Assembly: GCA_964291395.2 (NCBI GenBank)
Contig: OZ219856.1
Coordinates: forward strand, 1,344,001 to 1,408,000
Length of the DNA: 64,000 bases
Reading direction: 5' to 3'
DNA from: Alphaproteobacteria bacterium
Lineage (GTDB): Bacteria; Pseudomonadota; Alphaproteobacteria; UBA2966
Made by a program: the position numbers and the translations under genes. Within the stretch, counting starts at the first letter, position 1; each line of letters begins with the position of its first letter. Of the stretch, positions 1 through 16,453 are shown in pieces. A model generated the notes under the pieces. That model had not been told where the DNA came from and ran no database searches. It worked only from the letters and a program-made list of their open reading frames with translations.

Positions 1-84
1 GCCGCGGCGGAGATCGTCGGTCCTGGTTTGATCGCCGAGGACCTGTCCGAGGCGCTGCCTGACGTCTTGCGCGGCCTCCGGTAG
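1..84 (+). CDS. nnr: 3' end of probable bifunctional NAD(P)H-hydrate repair enzyme (YjeF/Nnr), partial
   Basis: Frame 1 reads AAAEIVGPGLIAEDLSEALPDVLRGLR*. GPGLIAEDL resembles the alphaproteobacterial Nnr C-terminus. Only 27 codons are visible. Confidence 0.55.
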   Translation, partial: AAAEIVGPGLIAEDLSEALPDVLRGLR

Positions 85-279
85 CTCATCCTCGACTATT
101 GAGCCGGACCAATGCCGTTTCACGCTTGATATATCGGGACTCGCGAAGGTCATCGATGATGCAGAGCGGTGCTTCCCGAGCGGGACTCATGTGAATCCGA
201 TCTGGCGCCCAATCCTTCCGTACTGTAGAAGGTGGCGCAAATCCGGGACCCGAACGGGACCAGCTTGCTGGGCATTTGT

Positions 280-364
280 GCGGCTGTGGTGGAACCGGTA
301 GACACGCATGCCTTAGGAGCATGTGCCTCACGGCGTGGGGGTTCGAGTCCCTCCAGCCGCACCA
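280..364 (+). tRNA. tRNA-Leu(TAG)
   Basis: GCGGCTG/CAGCCGC acceptor stem, CATGC-CTTAGGA-GCATG anticodon arm, long variable arm, GTTCGAGTC T-loop, encoded CCA. Confidence 0.97.
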
Positions 365-436
365 GATCGTCTTGGGGGTGCAGCCCTGAGACGGTCCGCG
401 AGGTCTCTCGCGGCCATACCAATCGGGGACGAGAGC

Positions 437-1792
437 GTGATCGAAGTAACGGAAACCAGCGCGGAGGGCCTTCGGCACGAGTTTAAGGTCGTCGTCGAGA
501 GCACCGCGATCGAGGAGCGCGTCGACGCCAAACTCGGTGAATTGGCCAACACGATATCCCTTCCTGGATTTCGTCCGGGCAAGGTGCCCCTGTCGCTCCT
601 CAAGAAGCGCTACGGCAATGCCGTTATGGGCGAGGTCATCGAGGAGACCGTGAATGAGGGAGCACAGCGAGCTCTGTCCGACAAGGGCTTGCGTCCCGCC
701 CTACAGCCCTCAATCGAGATCACGAAATTCGAGGAGGGCGGCGAGCTCGAATACACGCTCTCGGTCGAAGTACTCCCCGACATCGATCCGGATGATTTCT
801 CGTCCATCGCGGTCGAACAGCTCCGGGCCAAGCCGACGGAGGAGGATGTCCAGGCGGATTTGAAATTGCTGGCAGAAGCCCAGACGACGTTCGAGACCGA
901 GGAGAACCGAGAGGCCGAGTTGGGCGACGCCGTCGTCATCGACTTCGTTGGCCGGCAGGACGGCGTCGAGTTTGAAGGTGGTCGCGCCACGGACTTTCAA
1001 CTCGTCCTGGGGTCGCATGTCTTCTTCCCGGGGTTCGAGGATCAGCTCCTCGGCACGACCGCGGGTCAGCATCTCGATGTCGGCGTGACCTTTCCGGAGA
1101 CCCATCCAGCAGAAGATCTCGCGGGCAAGCACGCCGTGTTCGAAGTGGACGTCAAGGAGGTCAAGCGTCCCGAAGTGGCGGCCATGGATGACGAGCTGGC
1201 TACGAGGGTAGGCCTGGAAAACCTGGAAGAACTCAAGAAAGCGCTCTTGGACAAGATCAAGTCCGACTACGATCGGGTCTCGCGGGACCGGGTCAAACGC
1301 AAGCTCCTGGACGAACTTGCCGGCCGGTACGATTTCGAAGTACCCCCCGGACTCGTCGACGGCGAGTTCGATGCCATTTGGGGGCAAATCGGGGAGCGGA
1401 TCCTGAAGTCGCATGGGGAGGGAGAGGAGCCACAGGAGTCCGAAGAGAAGATGTCCGAAGAGGAGATGAAGGCGGAGTATCGGGAGATCGCCGAACGGCG
1501 GGTTCGGCTGGGATTGCTGCTGACGGAGGTCGGCAATCGCAACAATATTGAAGTGCACCAGGAGGAACTCAACCGGGCGATGGCGGAGCAGGCGCGGCGG
1601 TATCCTGGAAAGGAACATGAGATCGTTCAGGAACTTCGAAGTGATCCCGAGGCGATGAATCGGCTCCGCGCTTCCATCTTCGAGGACAAGGTTGTCGACT
1701 TTATTCTCGAGATGGTGAACGTCACCGAACGTGACGTGACACGGGATGAGCTATTTGATGAATCCGAGGACGGTGAGGAGCCATCTTCGTAA
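437..1792 (+). CDS. tig: Trigger factor
   Basis: GFRPGKVP ribosome-binding motif and FKBP domain ([14 protein letters not shown]). Start placed at GTG 437 because the ORF-track extension overlaps the tRNA. Confidence 0.97.
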   Translation: MIEVTETSAEGLRHEFKVVVESTAIEERVDAKLGELANTISLPGFRPGKVPLSLLKKRYGNAVMGEVIEETVNEGAQRALSDKGLRPALQPSIEITKFEEGGELEYTLSVEVLPDIDPDDFSSIAVEQLRAKPTEEDVQADLKLLAEAQTTFETEENREAELGDAVVIDFVGRQDGVEFEGGRATDFQLVLGSHVFFPGFEDQLLGTTAGQHLDVGVTFPETHPAEDLAGKHAVFEVDVKEVKRPEVAAMDDELATRVGLENLEELKKALLDKIKSDYDRVSRDRVKRKLLDELAGRYDFEVPPGLVDGEFDAIWGQIGERILKSHGEGEEPQESEEKMSEEEMKAEYREIAERRVRLGLLLTEVGNRNNIEVHQEELNRAMAEQARRYPGKEHEIVQELRSDPEAMNRLRASIFEDKVVDFILEMVNVTERDVTRDELFDESEDGEEPSS

Positions 1793-1886
1793 AGACATGC
1801 GGCGTCGTGCCCACGTCGCCTTTGAATTGAAACATCGAGCGACATTCCAACTATTGAAGCAGGACCAAACAAAGCGCGGGTTCACG

Positions 1887-2525
1887 ATGACGGATACCAG
1901 GATGCAGAGCCTCATACCGATGGTGGTCGAGCAGACCAATCGGGGGGAACGGGCGTACGATATTTACTCGCGGCTGCTCAAGGAGCGGATCGTGTTTCTC
2001 GCGGGCGCGGTCGACGACCATGTGGCGAGTGTGATCACGGCACAACTTCTTTTCCTCGAAGCCGACAATCCGGAGAAGGACATCGCCTTCTACATCAACT
2101 CCCCGGGTGGCATCGTATCGTCGGGTCTGGCGGTCTACGACACCATGCAATACATCCGCCCGGATGTCTCGACGCTCTGTTTCGGTCAGGCAGCCTCGAT
2201 GGGATCGCTGCTTCTCGCGGCCGGCGCCAAGGGAAAACGATATGCGTTGCCCAATGCGCGGGTGATGATCCATCAGCCTCATGGCGGCACCCAGGGCCAA
2301 GCGGCGGACATCGAGATCCATGCAAGAGAGATTCTGGCGTTGCGGGATCGGCTCAACGCCATCTACGCGGAACACACGGGCCAGGACCTCGACGTCATCG
2401 AACAGAACATGGACCGAGACAAGTTCCTGACTCCCGAGGAAGCTCAGGCCTTTGGAATCATCGACGAAATCGTGGTGCACCGTCCGGCGGCGCTCGATGC
2501 CGCCGGCGACGGCGGCGAATGCTGA
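1887..2525 (+). CDS. clpP: ATP-dependent Clp protease proteolytic subunit
   Basis: [29 protein letters not shown] (catalytic Ser), MIHQP; start at ATG 1887. Confidence 0.98.
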   Translation: MTDTRMQSLIPMVVEQTNRGERAYDIYSRLLKERIVFLAGAVDDHVASVITAQLLFLEADNPEKDIAFYINSPGGIVSSGLAVYDTMQYIRPDVSTLCFGQAASMGSLLLAAGAKGKRYALPNARVMIHQPHGGTQGQAADIEIHAREILALRDRLNAIYAEHTGQDLDVIEQNMDRDKFLTPEEAQAFGIIDEIVVHRPAALDAAGDGGEC

Positions 2526-2773
2526 CCATCTCGGTCGCTTTGCGTCGACGGATTCCCTTACGCTTTGGTTAGGCCCGCGCGGCAGCCGGTAGTGTGTACC
2601 GCGACGCGCGGCGGGAACGTTTCGCCACGGGATGATCAACTACATATAAGGGACCACCCCGCCGTGCGCGCAAGATTTGCGTTGTGGATTGTAGATAGAA
2701 GTCGCTAACATGACGTGTTGGGCGCAGTGCCCGCGCACTGGTTGGGTTCGACCAACTAAGCCTCGGAGTTCCC

Positions 2774-4039
2774 ATGTCAAAGTCTGGCGGCGGCGATTCG
2801 AAGAACACCCTTTACTGCTCGTTCTGTGGAAAAAGTCAGCACGAAGTTCGCAAGTTGATCGCGGGCCCAACGGTTTTCATCTGTGATGAATGCGTTGAGC
2901 TTTGCATGGACATCATCCGGGAGGAGCATAAGAGCTCGCTCGTCAAGTCGCGCGACGGTGTGCCCACGCCGCACGACATCTGCAATGTTTTGGCTGACTA
3001 CGTGATCGGTCAGGACCACGCCAAGCGGGTGCTCTCCGTGGCGGTGCACAATCACTACAAGCGCTTGAATCACGGCAGCAAATCGAACGACGTGGAGCTC
3101 GCCAAGTCCAACATCTTGCTCATCGGTCCGACCGGTTGCGGGAAGACCCTGCTCGCCCAGACCCTGGCCCGTATCCTCGATGTGCCCTTCACCATGGCCG
3201 ACGCCACGACACTTACGGAAGCGGGCTACGTCGGCGAGGATGTCGAGAACATCATCCTCAAACTTCTGCAGGCGGCCGATTACAACGTGGAACGGGCGCA
3301 GCGGGGCATCGTCTACATCGACGAAGTCGACAAAATCAGCCGCAAGTCCGATAACCCGTCGATCACCCGCGACGTGTCTGGCGAGGGCGTGCAGCAAGCG
3401 TTGCTGAAGATCATGGAGGGAACCATCGCGTCGGTTCCACCGCAGGGCGGCCGCAAGCATCCGCAACAAGAATTTCTCCAGGTCGACACAACGAACATCC
3501 TGTTCGTGTGCGGCGGCGCGTTTTCGGGTCTCGAGAAGATCATTTCGGCGCGAGGCCAGTCGACATCCATCGGATTTGGTGCGGATGTCCGTACCCCCGA
3601 CGAACGGCAGATGGGCGAAATCCTCAAGCAAGTCGAGCCCGAAGATCTTCTCAAATTTGGTCTCATTCCGGAATTTGTCGGGCGCTTGCCGGTCGTTGCC
3701 ACGCTCGAGGACCTGGACGAGGACGCCCTCGTTGACATCCTCATGAAACCAAAGAATGCGCTCGTCAAGCAGTATCAACGGCTCTTCGAGATGGAAAGCG
3801 TCAAATTGACGTTCTCGGACGACGCCCTGCGTGCGATCTCGCGCAAAGCGATCAAGCGCAAGACTGGCGCCCGTGGTCTTCGTTCCATCATGGAGGGCAA
3901 TCTCCTGGACACCATGTTCGACCTCCCTGGTTTTGAAAGCGTGGAGGAGGTTGTCGTCAATTCCGAGGTTATCGAAGGTCGCGCCCAGCCGTTGCTCATA
4001 TACTCCGACCGTCGCAAAGATATGGAGACGAGCGCTTGA
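2774..4039 (+). CDS. clpX: ATP-dependent Clp protease ATP-binding subunit
   Basis: C4 zinc domain CSFCGK..CDEC, Walker [13 protein letters not shown] pore loop, RKH loop, IGF loop. Confidence 0.99.
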   Translation: MSKSGGGDSKNTLYCSFCGKSQHEVRKLIAGPTVFICDECVELCMDIIREEHKSSLVKSRDGVPTPHDICNVLADYVIGQDHAKRVLSVAVHNHYKRLNHGSKSNDVELAKSNILLIGPTGCGKTLLAQTLARILDVPFTMADATTLTEAGYVGEDVENIILKLLQAADYNVERAQRGIVYIDEVDKISRKSDNPSITRDVSGEGVQQALLKIMEGTIASVPPQGGRKHPQQEFLQVDTTNILFVCGGAFSGLEKIISARGQSTSIGFGADVRTPDERQMGEILKQVEPEDLLKFGLIPEFVGRLPVVATLEDLDEDALVDILMKPKNALVKQYQRLFEMESVKLTFSDDALRAISRKAIKRKTGARGLRSIMEGNLLDTMFDLPGFESVEEVVVNSEVIEGRAQPLLIYSDRRKDMETSA

Positions 4040-4047
4040 GCGGACCG

Positions 4048-4076
4048 CTTGAATAGCGGTACCAATCGAGCCATGT
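4048..4076 (+). promoter_or_regulatory. Putative RpoH (sigma32) promoter of lon
   Basis: CTTGAA-N16-GCCATGT resembles the alphaproteobacterial RpoH consensus (CTTGAA-N16-CCTATAT-like); lon is a typical heat-shock gene. Confidence 0.5.
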
Positions 4077-4159
4077 ATGACGGGGGCGATGTGTGGCCGT
4101 GCGCTATATGCGAGGCGGCGATGCCGTGCTAGCCGACAATCAAAGGGAATGACTAGAAA

Positions 4160-6571
<2,412 letters not shown>

Positions 6572-6726
6572 GTCTGGGAAGTGTCGGAACCCGATAGCGG
6601 AAGCCATCCGGGCTCTCGCGTTTGTTTCGACGTACCTATTGGTGTGGCCGTTCCAGCCGACCCGCCCTTTAAGCCCGATTTGCAGCACAAACCGTAGAAC
6701 AAGCCGGGAATACTTGGTTTTTCTCT

Positions 6727-6755
6727 TTGACGGTGTGCTGGGCGCGTTCTACACT
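6727..6755 (+). promoter_or_regulatory. Putative sigma70 promoter of hup
   Basis: TTGACG-N17-TACACT. Confidence 0.6.
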
Positions 6756-6828
6756 TTCGGCGCGTCGGAGACGCCGTCCTAGATTTCACTTACCCAAATT
6801 TCGGTAAACATGTGAGGGGGCCCCTATC

Positions 6829-7101
6829 GTGAACAAAAACGATCTCGTGGCTAGCGTAGCTAATGATTCAGGCCTCTCGAAGGCGGACGCGGCAAAGGCG
6901 GTCGACAGTGTGTTCGATACGATTTCAAAGGCGCTTTCGAATGGCTCGGATGTAAGGCTCGTCGGCTTCGGCACGTTCAGCGTTACCCAACGTCGCGCTT
7001 CTGAAGGCCGCAATCCACGGACCGGAGAGAGGATTCAAATTCCAGCTTCAAGGCAGCCCAAGTTCAAGGCGGGCAAGGCTTTGAAGAATGCTGTAAACTA
7101 G
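6829..7101 (+). CDS. hupB: DNA-binding protein HU
   Basis: MNKNDLV..GFGTF..GRNPRTGE..PKFKAGKALKNAVN, located after lon. Confidence 0.95.
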   Translation: MNKNDLVASVANDSGLSKADAAKAVDSVFDTISKALSNGSDVRLVGFGTFSVTQRRASEGRNPRTGERIQIPASRQPKFKAGKALKNAVN

Positions 7102-7123
7102 CGACTTCCGAAGAAGGTATCTG

Positions 7124-7158
7124 ATGCCGGCCGCCCCTGTGGGCGGCCGGCGTTGTTT
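7124..7158 (+). terminator. Intrinsic terminator after hup
   Basis: GCCGGCCGCCC-CTGT-GGGCGGCCGGC stem followed by GTTGTTT. Confidence 0.75.
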
Positions 7159-7191
7159 CGTCTGCCAATCGGCTGCTAGGCTAGGCGTTTC

Positions 7192-7267
7192 GGGCGGTTA
7201 GCTCAGCCGGGAGAGCGCCACGTTTACACCGTGGAGGTCGGCGGTTCGATCCCGTCACCGCCCACCA
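7192..7267 (+). tRNA. tRNA-Val(TAC)
   Basis: GGGCGGT/ACCGCCC acceptor, CCACG-TTTACAC-CGTGG anticodon arm, GTTCGAT T-loop, CCA. Confidence 0.97.
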
Positions 7268-7360
7268 TTCGCCGCGACCTTGAGTGTCGGCGGGGCGATT
7301 CCTGCCTGATCGCTTGACTCCGTGAAACCCGTTGCAGTACACGGGTCCGGTTTCCACGTA

Positions 7361-7438
<78 letters not shown>

Positions 7439-7590
7439 CCACCGTATCGCAACCGGTTTGCGAAACCCGAGCGTCACTATAATATGTCCGCGTTTGCACA
7501 GGACGACGGTGGTATTTTGTTACGTCACCAGTCGCTGAGCGGACGCATTTTTTGTGGCTTGCACCTCTTTTGGTAGCCATGGCTGGCGGC

Positions 7591-7956
7591 ATGCAAGAAT
7601 TTATCGTCGAATACTTGCCAATACTTGTGTTTCTTGCCATTGCTGTTGGCATGGCCGTTGTCGCTGTGGCCGCCTCGTATGTTGCGGCACATCACTACCC
7701 GGACAGCGAGAAACTTTCGCCCTATGAATGCGGTTTCGAGGCCTTTAGTGATGCCCGTCGCCAATTCGATGTACGTTTCTATCTCGTCGCCCTGTTGTTT
7801 ATCATCTTTGATCTGGAAGTTGCCTTCTTGTTCCCTTGGGCGGTCGCGCTGGGAGAAATCGGAGTCTTCGGCTTTTGGTCAATGATGATCTTCCTCGTCA
7901 TTTTGACCGTCGGGTTCATCTATGAGTGGCGGAAAGGGGCTCTCGAATGGGAGTAG
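7591..7956 (+). CDS. nuoA: NADH-quinone oxidoreductase subunit A
   Basis: [35 protein letters not shown]. Confidence 0.97.
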   Translation: MQEFIVEYLPILVFLAIAVGMAVVAVAASYVAAHHYPDSEKLSPYECGFEAFSDARRQFDVRFYLVALLFIIFDLEVAFLFPWAVALGEIGVFGFWSMMIFLVILTVGFIYEWRKGALEWE

Positions 7957-8480
7957 TGGCAGCGCCGCGGTCATCAGATCACGACTTGGACGCGCCGTTC
8001 GATCGGATGTCGCAGGCCCTAAACGACAAGGGTTTTCTCGTTACCAAGATCGACGACGTGGCGAACTGGGCGCGAACCGGTTCCTTGTGGTGGATGACGT
8101 TCGGCCTCGCCTGTTGTGCGGTCGAAATGATGCACGCGTCGATGCCGCGGTACGATCTGGACCGCTTCGGCGTTGTTCCACGCGCCAGTCCGAGGCAGTC
8201 CGACTTGATGATTGTCGCGGGAACGCTCTGCAACAAAATGGCGCCCGCGTTGCGTAAGGTCTACGACCAGATGGCCGAACCTCGCTGGGTCATTTCGATG
8301 GGAAGCTGTGCCAACGGCGGCGGCTACTATCACTATTCTTACTCAGTCGTCAGAGGCTGCGACCGAATCGTACCCGTGGACATTTATGTTCCGGGCTGCC
8401 CGCCGACGGCCGAGGCGCTGGTGTATGGAATCCTGCAACTCCAGAAAAAGATACGCCGGACGGGAACGATCACCCGTTAG
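7947..8480 (+). CDS. nuoB: NADH-quinone oxidoreductase subunit B
   Basis: [38 protein letters not shown]. Confidence 0.98.
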   Translation: MGVVAAPRSSDHDLDAPFDRMSQALNDKGFLVTKIDDVANWARTGSLWWMTFGLACCAVEMMHASMPRYDLDRFGVVPRASPRQSDLMIVAGTLCNKMAPALRKVYDQMAEPRWVISMGSCANGGGYYHYSYSVVRGCDRIVPVDIYVPGCPPTAEALVYGILQLQKKIRRTGTITR

Positions 8481-8524
8481 CACGGGCCGACAGCGCAGAG
8501 CCTCTTTACGTAGTCACAGGGAAC

Positions 8525-9133
8525 ATGGACGAAGCGCTTTCCGAACTCGCGGAGTACATCGCGGGCGCCTTGCCGACCGAGGTCCTGACAACCGAAATCG
8601 AGTTCGACGAACTCACGGTGGTGGTGGGCCGCGAGTCGATTGTCAAGATCCTGACGTTCTTGCGTGATGATACGAACTGCGGCTTTCGCATTCTGATCGA
8701 TATCTGCGGCGTGGACTGGCCGGAGCGGGAGATGCGGTTTGACGTGGTCTACAATCTGCTCTCGCTCACGCACAATCAGCGCATACGGGTCAAGGTCCAA
8801 ACGGATGAGCGGCATCCCGTGCCGTCTGCAGCCGGTGTCTTCAGTTCGGCCGGCTGGTACGAACGCGAAGCCTGGGACATGTTCGGCATTATGTTCTCCG
8901 GACATTCCGACCTGCGCCGCTTGCTAACTGATTATGGGTTCGACGGCCATCCGCTCCGGAAAGACTTTCCCCTTACCGGACATGTCGAGCTTCGTTATGA
9001 CGACGAGGAAAAACGTGTCGTCTACGAGCCCGTATCACTGACGCAGGAATTTCGAACGTTCGATTTCCTGAGCCCATGGGAGGGCGCACAATACATCCTT
9101 CCAGGGGATGAAAAGGCCGAGGGCGAAGACTGA
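8525..9133 (+). CDS. nuoC: NADH-quinone oxidoreductase subunit C
   Basis: [33 protein letters not shown]. Confidence 0.98.
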   Translation: MDEALSELAEYIAGALPTEVLTTEIEFDELTVVVGRESIVKILTFLRDDTNCGFRILIDICGVDWPEREMRFDVVYNLLSLTHNQRIRVKVQTDERHPVPSAAGVFSSAGWYEREAWDMFGIMFSGHSDLRRLLTDYGFDGHPLRKDFPLTGHVELRYDDEEKRVVYEPVSLTQEFRTFDFLSPWEGAQYILPGDEKAEGED

Positions 9134-10311
9134 TGGCGGAAGTACAGATCAAGCCCTACACCATGAATTTCGGGCCGCAGCACCCGGCGGCGCATGGGGT
9201 TTTACGGCTTGTCATGGAGTTGGACGGCGAGATCGTGGAGCGCGCCGATCCACACATCGGCCTCCTGCATCGTGGCACCGAAAAGCTGATCGAGCATAAG
9301 ACCTACCTGCAGGCGATCCCATACTTCGATCGTCTCGACTATGTCTCGATGATGTGCCAGGAGCACGCCTTCGTGCTGGCCATTGAGAAGCTGCTGGGGC
9401 TCGAGGTGCCGGCGCGAGGCCAGTACGTGCGTGTGCTGTTCAGCGAGATCACACGGGTGCTCAACCATCTCCTGAACGTGACGACCCAGGGGATGGACGT
9501 CGGCGCAATGACACCGGTGCTGTGGGGCTTCGAGGAACGGGAGAAGCTGTTCGAGTTTTACGAGCGGGTCTCCGGCGCGCGCATGCACGCCGCATATTTC
9601 AGGGTCGGAGGCGTACACCAGGATCTCCCGGCCGGTTTGACAGACGATATTGCAGACTGGGTGGAAAGATTTCCCGTGGTCATCGACGACATCGAAAATC
9701 TGCTGACGGAGAATCGAATCTTCAAGCAGCGCAATGTCGATATCGGTGTCGTAACGGCGGAACAGGCGATGGATTGGGGCTTCACGGGGGTCATGCTGCG
9801 TGGCTCTGACGTCGCGTGGGACTTGCGTAAGGCCCAGCCCTACGAGGTCTATTCGTCGATGGAATTCGACATCCCCATTGGCAAGAACGGCGACTGCTAC
9901 GACCGCTACCTCTGCCGGGTCGAGGAGATGCGCCAAAGTGTACGTATCATCAAGCAGTGTCTTGAGCGGCTTCCCGATGGTCCCGTGACCACGACCGATA
10001 ACAAAGTTGTGCCGCCGAAGCGGGAGGAAATGAAATCCTCCATGGAAGCTCTCATCCATCATTTCAAGCTGTACACGGAGGGCCACCACGTGCCGGCCGG
10101 CGAGACCTACACCGCCGTCGAGGCGCCCAAGGGTGAATTCGGAGTCTATCTCGTGTCGGACGGGACAAATTCGCCTTATCGATGCAAGATCCGCGCGCCC
10201 GGATTCCCGCATCTCCAGGCACTGGACTTCATGACGCGCGGACACATGCTCGCCGACGCGGTGGCGATCATCGGGACGCTGGACATCGTATTTGGTGAGA
10301 TCGATCGATGA
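9133..10311 (+). CDS. nuoD: NADH-quinone oxidoreductase subunit D
   Basis: [34 protein letters not shown]. Confidence 0.99.
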   Translation: MAEVQIKPYTMNFGPQHPAAHGVLRLVMELDGEIVERADPHIGLLHRGTEKLIEHKTYLQAIPYFDRLDYVSMMCQEHAFVLAIEKLLGLEVPARGQYVRVLFSEITRVLNHLLNVTTQGMDVGAMTPVLWGFEEREKLFEFYERVSGARMHAAYFRVGGVHQDLPAGLTDDIADWVERFPVVIDDIENLLTENRIFKQRNVDIGVVTAEQAMDWGFTGVMLRGSDVAWDLRKAQPYEVYSSMEFDIPIGKNGDCYDRYLCRVEEMRQSVRIIKQCLERLPDGPVTTTDNKVVPPKREEMKSSMEALIHHFKLYTEGHHVPAGETYTAVEAPKGEFGVYLVSDGTNSPYRCKIRAPGFPHLQALDFMTRGHMLADAVAIIGTLDIVFGEIDR

Positions 10312-10901
10312 GCAAGGAGCGCGCCAGCTTTGAGTTTACCCAGGCTCTCCGGACGGAGGCCGACAAGATCATCGCCAAGTATCCGAAAGGGCGGCAGACG
10401 AGCGCCGTCTTGCCCGTTCTGGATCTCGTTCAACGGCACAACGGAGGCTGGGTGACCACGGAGATGGTCAGCGCGGTCGCCGAGTATCTGGATATGGCGC
10501 CCATACGTGTCTACGAGGTCGCGACCTTTTACACGATGATAAACCTGGAGCCCGTCGGCGAGACCCTGGTGGAGGTCTGTACAACGACGCCTTGCTGGCT
10601 CCGGGGATGCGATGAAATCGTTCAGGCCTGTGAGGAAACGCTGGGCATCGGACTGGGCGAAACCGGGGTGGACGGCAAGTTCACGCTGCGAGAGGTCGAA
10701 TGCCTCGGAGCCTGCGTAAATGCTCCCGTGATCCGGATCAACGACGATTACTACGAAGATCTCGATCCTCACCGTACCCGCGCGGTGCTGGAGTTGATTT
10801 CGCGCGGTGCAACCCCACCACCGGGATCGCAGACGGGGCGCAAGACCTCGGCTCCGGCAAGCGGACCAACCACCTTGGGCGCACGCGCCGGGAGTTTCTG
10901 A
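10308..10901 (+). CDS. nuoE: NADH-quinone oxidoreductase subunit E
   Basis: VATFYTM; 2Fe-2S motifs [10 protein letters not shown] and ECLGAC. Confidence 0.97.
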   Translation: MSKERASFEFTQALRTEADKIIAKYPKGRQTSAVLPVLDLVQRHNGGWVTTEMVSAVAEYLDMAPIRVYEVATFYTMINLEPVGETLVEVCTTTPCWLRGCDEIVQACEETLGIGLGETGVDGKFTLREVECLGACVNAPVIRINDDYYEDLDPHRTRAVLELISRGATPPPGSQTGRKTSAPASGPTTLGARAGSF

Positions 10902-12202
10902 TGCTCGACGACGAAGATCGCATCTTCACGAACCTTTACGGCCTGGAGGATTGGAGGCTTGCCGGTGCGCGGGCGAGGGGCGATTGGGACGATACCAAGG
11001 CGCTCCTTGAAAAGGGGCGGGACGAGATCATCCAGGAGATCAAGGATTCCGGCTTGCGGGGCCGGGGAGGCGCTGGCTTCCCCGCGGGTTTGAAGTGGTC
11101 CTTCATGCCCAAGGAATCCGACGGCCGTCCCTCCTATCTCGTGGTCAATGCCGACGAAGGCGAGCCCGGAACATGCAAGGATCGGGACATCCTGCGGCAT
11201 GATCCACATAAACTCGTGGAAGGATGTCTAGTCGCCGGATTCGCGATGGGCGCCTGTGCGGCCTACATCTATACACGCGGCGAATTTCATCGAGAGATTC
11301 AGAACCTGCAGACGGCCATCGACGAGGCGTACGACGAAGGCCTGATCGGCAAGAACGCTTGCAATGCAGGTTATGACTTCGACGTCTACGTCCACCCCGG
11401 CGCCGGCGCTTACATCTGCGGCGAGGAGATGGCCCTCATCGAGAGCCTTGAGGGCAAGAAAGGGCAACCGCGGCTTAAGCCTCCCTTCCCGGCGGCGGTC
11501 GGCGTATGGGGTTGCCCCACGACCGTCAACAACGTCGAGACGATTGCCGTCGCGCCCGAGATTCTTCGGCGGGGATCCTCTTGGTTCGCGGGACTCGGGC
11601 GTCCCAACAATACGGGAACCAAGATCTTCTGCATCTCTGGGCACGTCAACGAACCCTGCAACGTCGAGGAAGAGATGGGCATCCCCATGCGTGAGCTGAT
11701 CGAGAAGCATGCCGGCGGCGTGCGGGGGGGATGGGACAACCTGCTCGCCGTGATTCCCGGCGGCGCGTCGGTGCCGGTGATTCCCAAGTCGGTCTGTGAC
11801 ACGGTGCTGATGGATTTCGACTCGCTGAAGGATGTCAAGTCGGGCCTGGGAACGGCGGCGGTCATCGTCATGGACAAGTCTACGGATATCGTCAAGGCGA
11901 TCGCTCGATTGTCCAAGTTCTACATGCATGAAAGCTGTGGACAGTGCACGCCCTGCCGAGAAGGCACCGGCTGGATGTCCCGGGTGATGGACCGTCTGGT
12001 CGAGGGCCGGGCGGAGGTCGCGGAGATCGATCTTCTCGAAGAAGTCACGTACCAAATCGAAGGCCACACGATCTGCGCGCTGGGAGATGCGGCGGCATGG
12101 CCCATCCAAGGATTGATCCGCCATTTCCGGCCGGAATTGGAGCGACGCATCGTCGAGCACATGTTGTCCGACGAAGGCGCCTCGACGGAAGCGGCGGCTT
12201 AG
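10901..12202 (+). CDS. nuoF: NADH-quinone oxidoreductase subunit F
   Basis: [36 protein letters not shown]; start at ATG 10901 overlapping the nuoE stop. Confidence 0.98.
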   Translation: MLDDEDRIFTNLYGLEDWRLAGARARGDWDDTKALLEKGRDEIIQEIKDSGLRGRGGAGFPAGLKWSFMPKESDGRPSYLVVNADEGEPGTCKDRDILRHDPHKLVEGCLVAGFAMGACAAYIYTRGEFHREIQNLQTAIDEAYDEGLIGKNACNAGYDFDVYVHPGAGAYICGEEMALIESLEGKKGQPRLKPPFPAAVGVWGCPTTVNNVETIAVAPEILRRGSSWFAGLGRPNNTGTKIFCISGHVNEPCNVEEEMGIPMRELIEKHAGGVRGGWDNLLAVIPGGASVPVIPKSVCDTVLMDFDSLKDVKSGLGTAAVIVMDKSTDIVKAIARLSKFYMHESCGQCTPCREGTGWMSRVMDRLVEGRAEVAEIDLLEEVTYQIEGHTICALGDAAAWPIQGLIRHFRPELERRIVEHMLSDEGASTEAAA

Positions 12203-12210
12203 GAGTCCCC

Positions 12211-14266
12211 ATGCTCACGGTCACGATCGATGGTGTGGAAGTCGAGGTCGAAGTCGGCGCGACCGTTCTTCAGGCGTGCGAACAAGCTGGCAAGGAAATT
12301 CCCCGGTTCTGCTACCACGATCGGCTGAACATCGCGGGAAACTGCCGGATGTGTTTGGTGGAAATGGAGAACTCCCCCAAACCTATCGCCTCGTGCGCGA
12401 TGCCGATCGGCGACGGCATGGTCATTCACACGAACACGCCCCAGGTTCGGAAGGCGCGCGAAGGGGTGATGGAATTCCTGCTGATCAACCACCCGCTCGA
12501 CTGTCCCATATGCGACCAGGGCGGGGAATGCGATTTGCAGGACCAGGCCATGGCCTACGGTCTAGACCATTCTCGGTATCGCGAAAACAAGCGGGCCGTA
12601 AAGGACAAGGATCTCGGTCCGCTGGTCAAGACGGTCATGACGCGCTGCATCCATTGCACGCGGTGTATTCGTTTCGCCACGGAAATTGCCGGTGTCGAAG
12701 AGCTGGGTGCTCTTGGACGCGGCGAGCACATGGAGATCAGCAATTACATCGAACGGGCGCTTACCTCTGAGCTTTCGGGCAACATCATCGATCTCTGTCC
12801 CGTCGGCGCGCTGACCTCGAAGCCGTATGCGTTCACGGCCCGGTCGTGGGAATTGAACACGACGGAGACGATCGACGCCCATGACGCCGTCGGCAGCAAC
12901 ATCCGCGTCGACTCTCGCGGCCGATCGGTCCTGCGTGTGTTGCCTCGCCTTCACGAAGACGTCAATGAAGAGTGGCTCTCCGACAAGGCCCGTTTCGCCA
13001 ACGATGGTTTGCGGCGTCAGCGCCTGGATCGTCCCTATGTCCGTTGCGATGGTCGCCTGCAGCCGTCGACTTGGGATGACGCTTTTTCCACGATCGCCGA
13101 TCGCCTGAAGGCCACGAACGGGGATCGCATCGCGGCCATCGCCGGTGACATGGCCTGCGCAGAGTCCATGATTGCCCTGAAGGATCTGATGACGGCACTG
13201 GGGTCACCCCATGTCGATTGTCGGCAGGACGGTGCGAAGTTGGAGACCGAGGTCCGGGCTTCCTATTTGTTCAATACGACGATCGCCGGAATCGAAGATG
13301 CGGACGCATGCCTTCTGATCGGAACGAATCCGCGCTGGGAAGCCGCGCTCGTCAACGCCCGATTGCGCAAGCGCTATCTCGCCGGCGGATTCCGCATTCT
13401 TTCCGTAGGCCCCGAACTTGACCTGACCTTTCCGGTGGAGACCCTCGGCGGTGGACCCGATGCGCTGGCGGCGCTGGCCGATGGTTCCCTTTCGTCAAGT
13501 GCGGTGCTGAGCAATGTCGAGCGGCCCATGCTCATTCTGGGGCAGGGCGCTCTCGCTCGATTTGATGGTTCCGCGATCCTCGGCGCCGCGCGGCGCATCG
13601 CCGAGCGATGCAACATGGTGCAGGATGGCTGGAACGGCTTCAACGTCTTGCACACGGCCGCCGCCCGAGTGGCGGGCCTCGACCTGGGAATGGTTCCGGA
13701 ACAGGGTGGGCGAGATGTGTCCGGTATCCTGGAAGGAGCCGGAAACGGCGACCTTGATGCCGTATTTCTGTTGGGCGCGGACGAGATCGATACGAGTGAC
13801 TTGGGGGACGCCTTCGTCATCTACCTCGGACATCACGGTGATGCGGGTGCGAACCGGGCCGATGTGGTCCTTCCCGGCGCGGCTTACGTCGAAAAGAATG
13901 CTACGTGGGTGAACACCGAAGGTCGTGCGCAGCTTGGCCAACGTGCCGTGTTTCCTCCCGGCGATGCTCGTGAGGATTGGGCTGTCGTTCGGGCCTTGTC
14001 GGAGGTGGTCGGCCGCACGCTCCCCTACGATGATCTTGCTTCCGTTCGGGCACGCTTGGCGGAAATAGCTCCAGTGCTCGGATCGCCCGACGAGATTAGG
14101 CCCGCGACATGGGGGGCGTTCGGAACGGATGGCGCGATGAATTCGGATCCGTTCGCGAACCCGGTCTCCGACTTCTATATGACCAATGCCATCTGCAGGG
14201 CGTCCGAGACGATGGCGGCCTGTAGCGCGCAGATTCTCGGTGCCGGCCCGCGAGACACTGGCGCCC

Positions 14267-14274
<8 letters not shown>
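12211..14274 (+). CDS. nuoG: NADH-quinone oxidoreductase subunit G
   Basis: [38 protein letters not shown]; AGGAG SD before ATG 12211. Confidence 0.98.
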
Positions 14275-15277
<1,003 letters not shown>

Positions 15278-15289
15278 GAGCGATCGGAA

Positions 15290-15778
15290 ATGATTTTCAA
15301 AAGTCACGTTGCACGTACTGCGCTGCTCTCGGAGTTGTGTTTCGGGATGTATGTCACGTTCAAAGCGATGTTCAGGCGGCGGGCAACGCTCAACTATCCG
15401 TATGAGAAGGGATACCTCAGCCCCAGATTTCGCGGGGAGCACGCGCTGAGACGGTACGCCAATGGTGAGGAGCGCTGTATCGCTTGCAAACTGTGCGAGG
15501 CCGTGTGCCCTGCGCAGGCGATCACTATCGAGGCCGAACCTCGCGAAGACGGAAGCCGGCGCGCGACGCGCTACGACATCGACATGACCAAATGCATCTA
15601 CTGTGGCTACTGCCAGGAGGCCTGTCCGGTCGATGCCATTGTCGAGGGTCCGAACTTCGAATTCGCGACGGAGAGCCGTGAGGAGCTCTTGTACAACAAG
15701 GAGAAGTTGCTCGCGAACGGAGACCGATGGGAACGTGAAATCGCGGCTAATCTTGCTGCGGATGCTCCATACCGTTGA
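15290..15778 (+). CDS. nuoI: NADH-quinone oxidoreductase subunit I
   Basis: [12 protein letters not shown] and [12 protein letters not shown] (2x 4Fe-4S). Confidence 0.98.
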   Translation: MIFKSHVARTALLSELCFGMYVTFKAMFRRRATLNYPYEKGYLSPRFRGEHALRRYANGEERCIACKLCEAVCPAQAITIEAEPREDGSRRATRYDIDMTKCIYCGYCQEACPVDAIVEGPNFEFATESREELLYNKEKLLANGDRWEREIAANLAADAPYR

Positions 15779-15838
15779 TGGCCGTCACCTGACCGTTATC
15801 CGGAACCGCTTCTCACCCGCATCGAAGTCGCTTCACGA

Positions 15839-16453
15839 ATGATCGTCCAAGCGCTCACCTTCTACCTGCTGGCCGGTGTCACTCTTGCGTCCGGCGTCAT
15901 GGTGATCTCGGCCCGGAATCCCGTGCATTCGGTGCTGTTCCTGATTCTGGCCTTTTTCAGTTCCGCCGGTCTGTTCGTGCTGATGGGGGCCGAGTTCCTG
16001 GCGATGATAATGGTCATTGTCTACGTGGGCGCGGTCGCCGTCCTGTTCCTGTTTGTCGTGATGATGCTCGACATCAACTTCGCCGAACTGCGTCAGGGCT
16101 TTCTGCAGTATCTGCCGGTCGGCGGATTGGTTGGATTGATCATGCTGGTGGAGCTGCTGCTGGTCCTGGGTGGTTGGGTGATCCAACCTCAGGCGACCGC
16201 CGTGGCGGCCGCACCGACGCCGGTGATCGCGAATGTCTCCAACACGGAGGCACTGGGATCGCTGCTTTACACGCGCTACGTCTACCTGTTTCAGGCTGCG
16301 GGCATGGTGCTCCTGATCGCCATGGTCGGCGCCATCGTCCTCACGCTTCGAACCAGGTCGGGGGTGCGCAAACAGTCCATCTCGCGGCAGGTTTCCCGGC
16401 GCCGGGATGACGCGGTTGAGGTAAAGGAAGTGGCGCCGGGGAGCGGTATCTGA
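15839..16453 (+). CDS. nuoJ: NADH-quinone oxidoreductase subunit J
   Basis: [28 protein letters not shown]. Confidence 0.97.
   Translation: MIVQALTFYLLAGVTLASGVMVISARNPVHSVLFLILAFFSSAGLFVLMGAEFLAMIMVIVYVGAVAVLFLFVVMMLDINFAELRQGFLQYLPVGGLVGLIMLVELLLVLGGWVIQPQATAVAAAPTPVIANVSNTEALGSLLYTRYVYLFQAAGMVLLIAMVGAIVLTLRTRSGVRKQSISRQVSRRRDDAVEVKEVAPGSGI

Noticed and set aside
6697-6711. GAAC-N7-GAAT SOS-like box upstream of hup
   Set aside because: One mismatch in a conserved position and outside the predicted core promoter; plausible by chance
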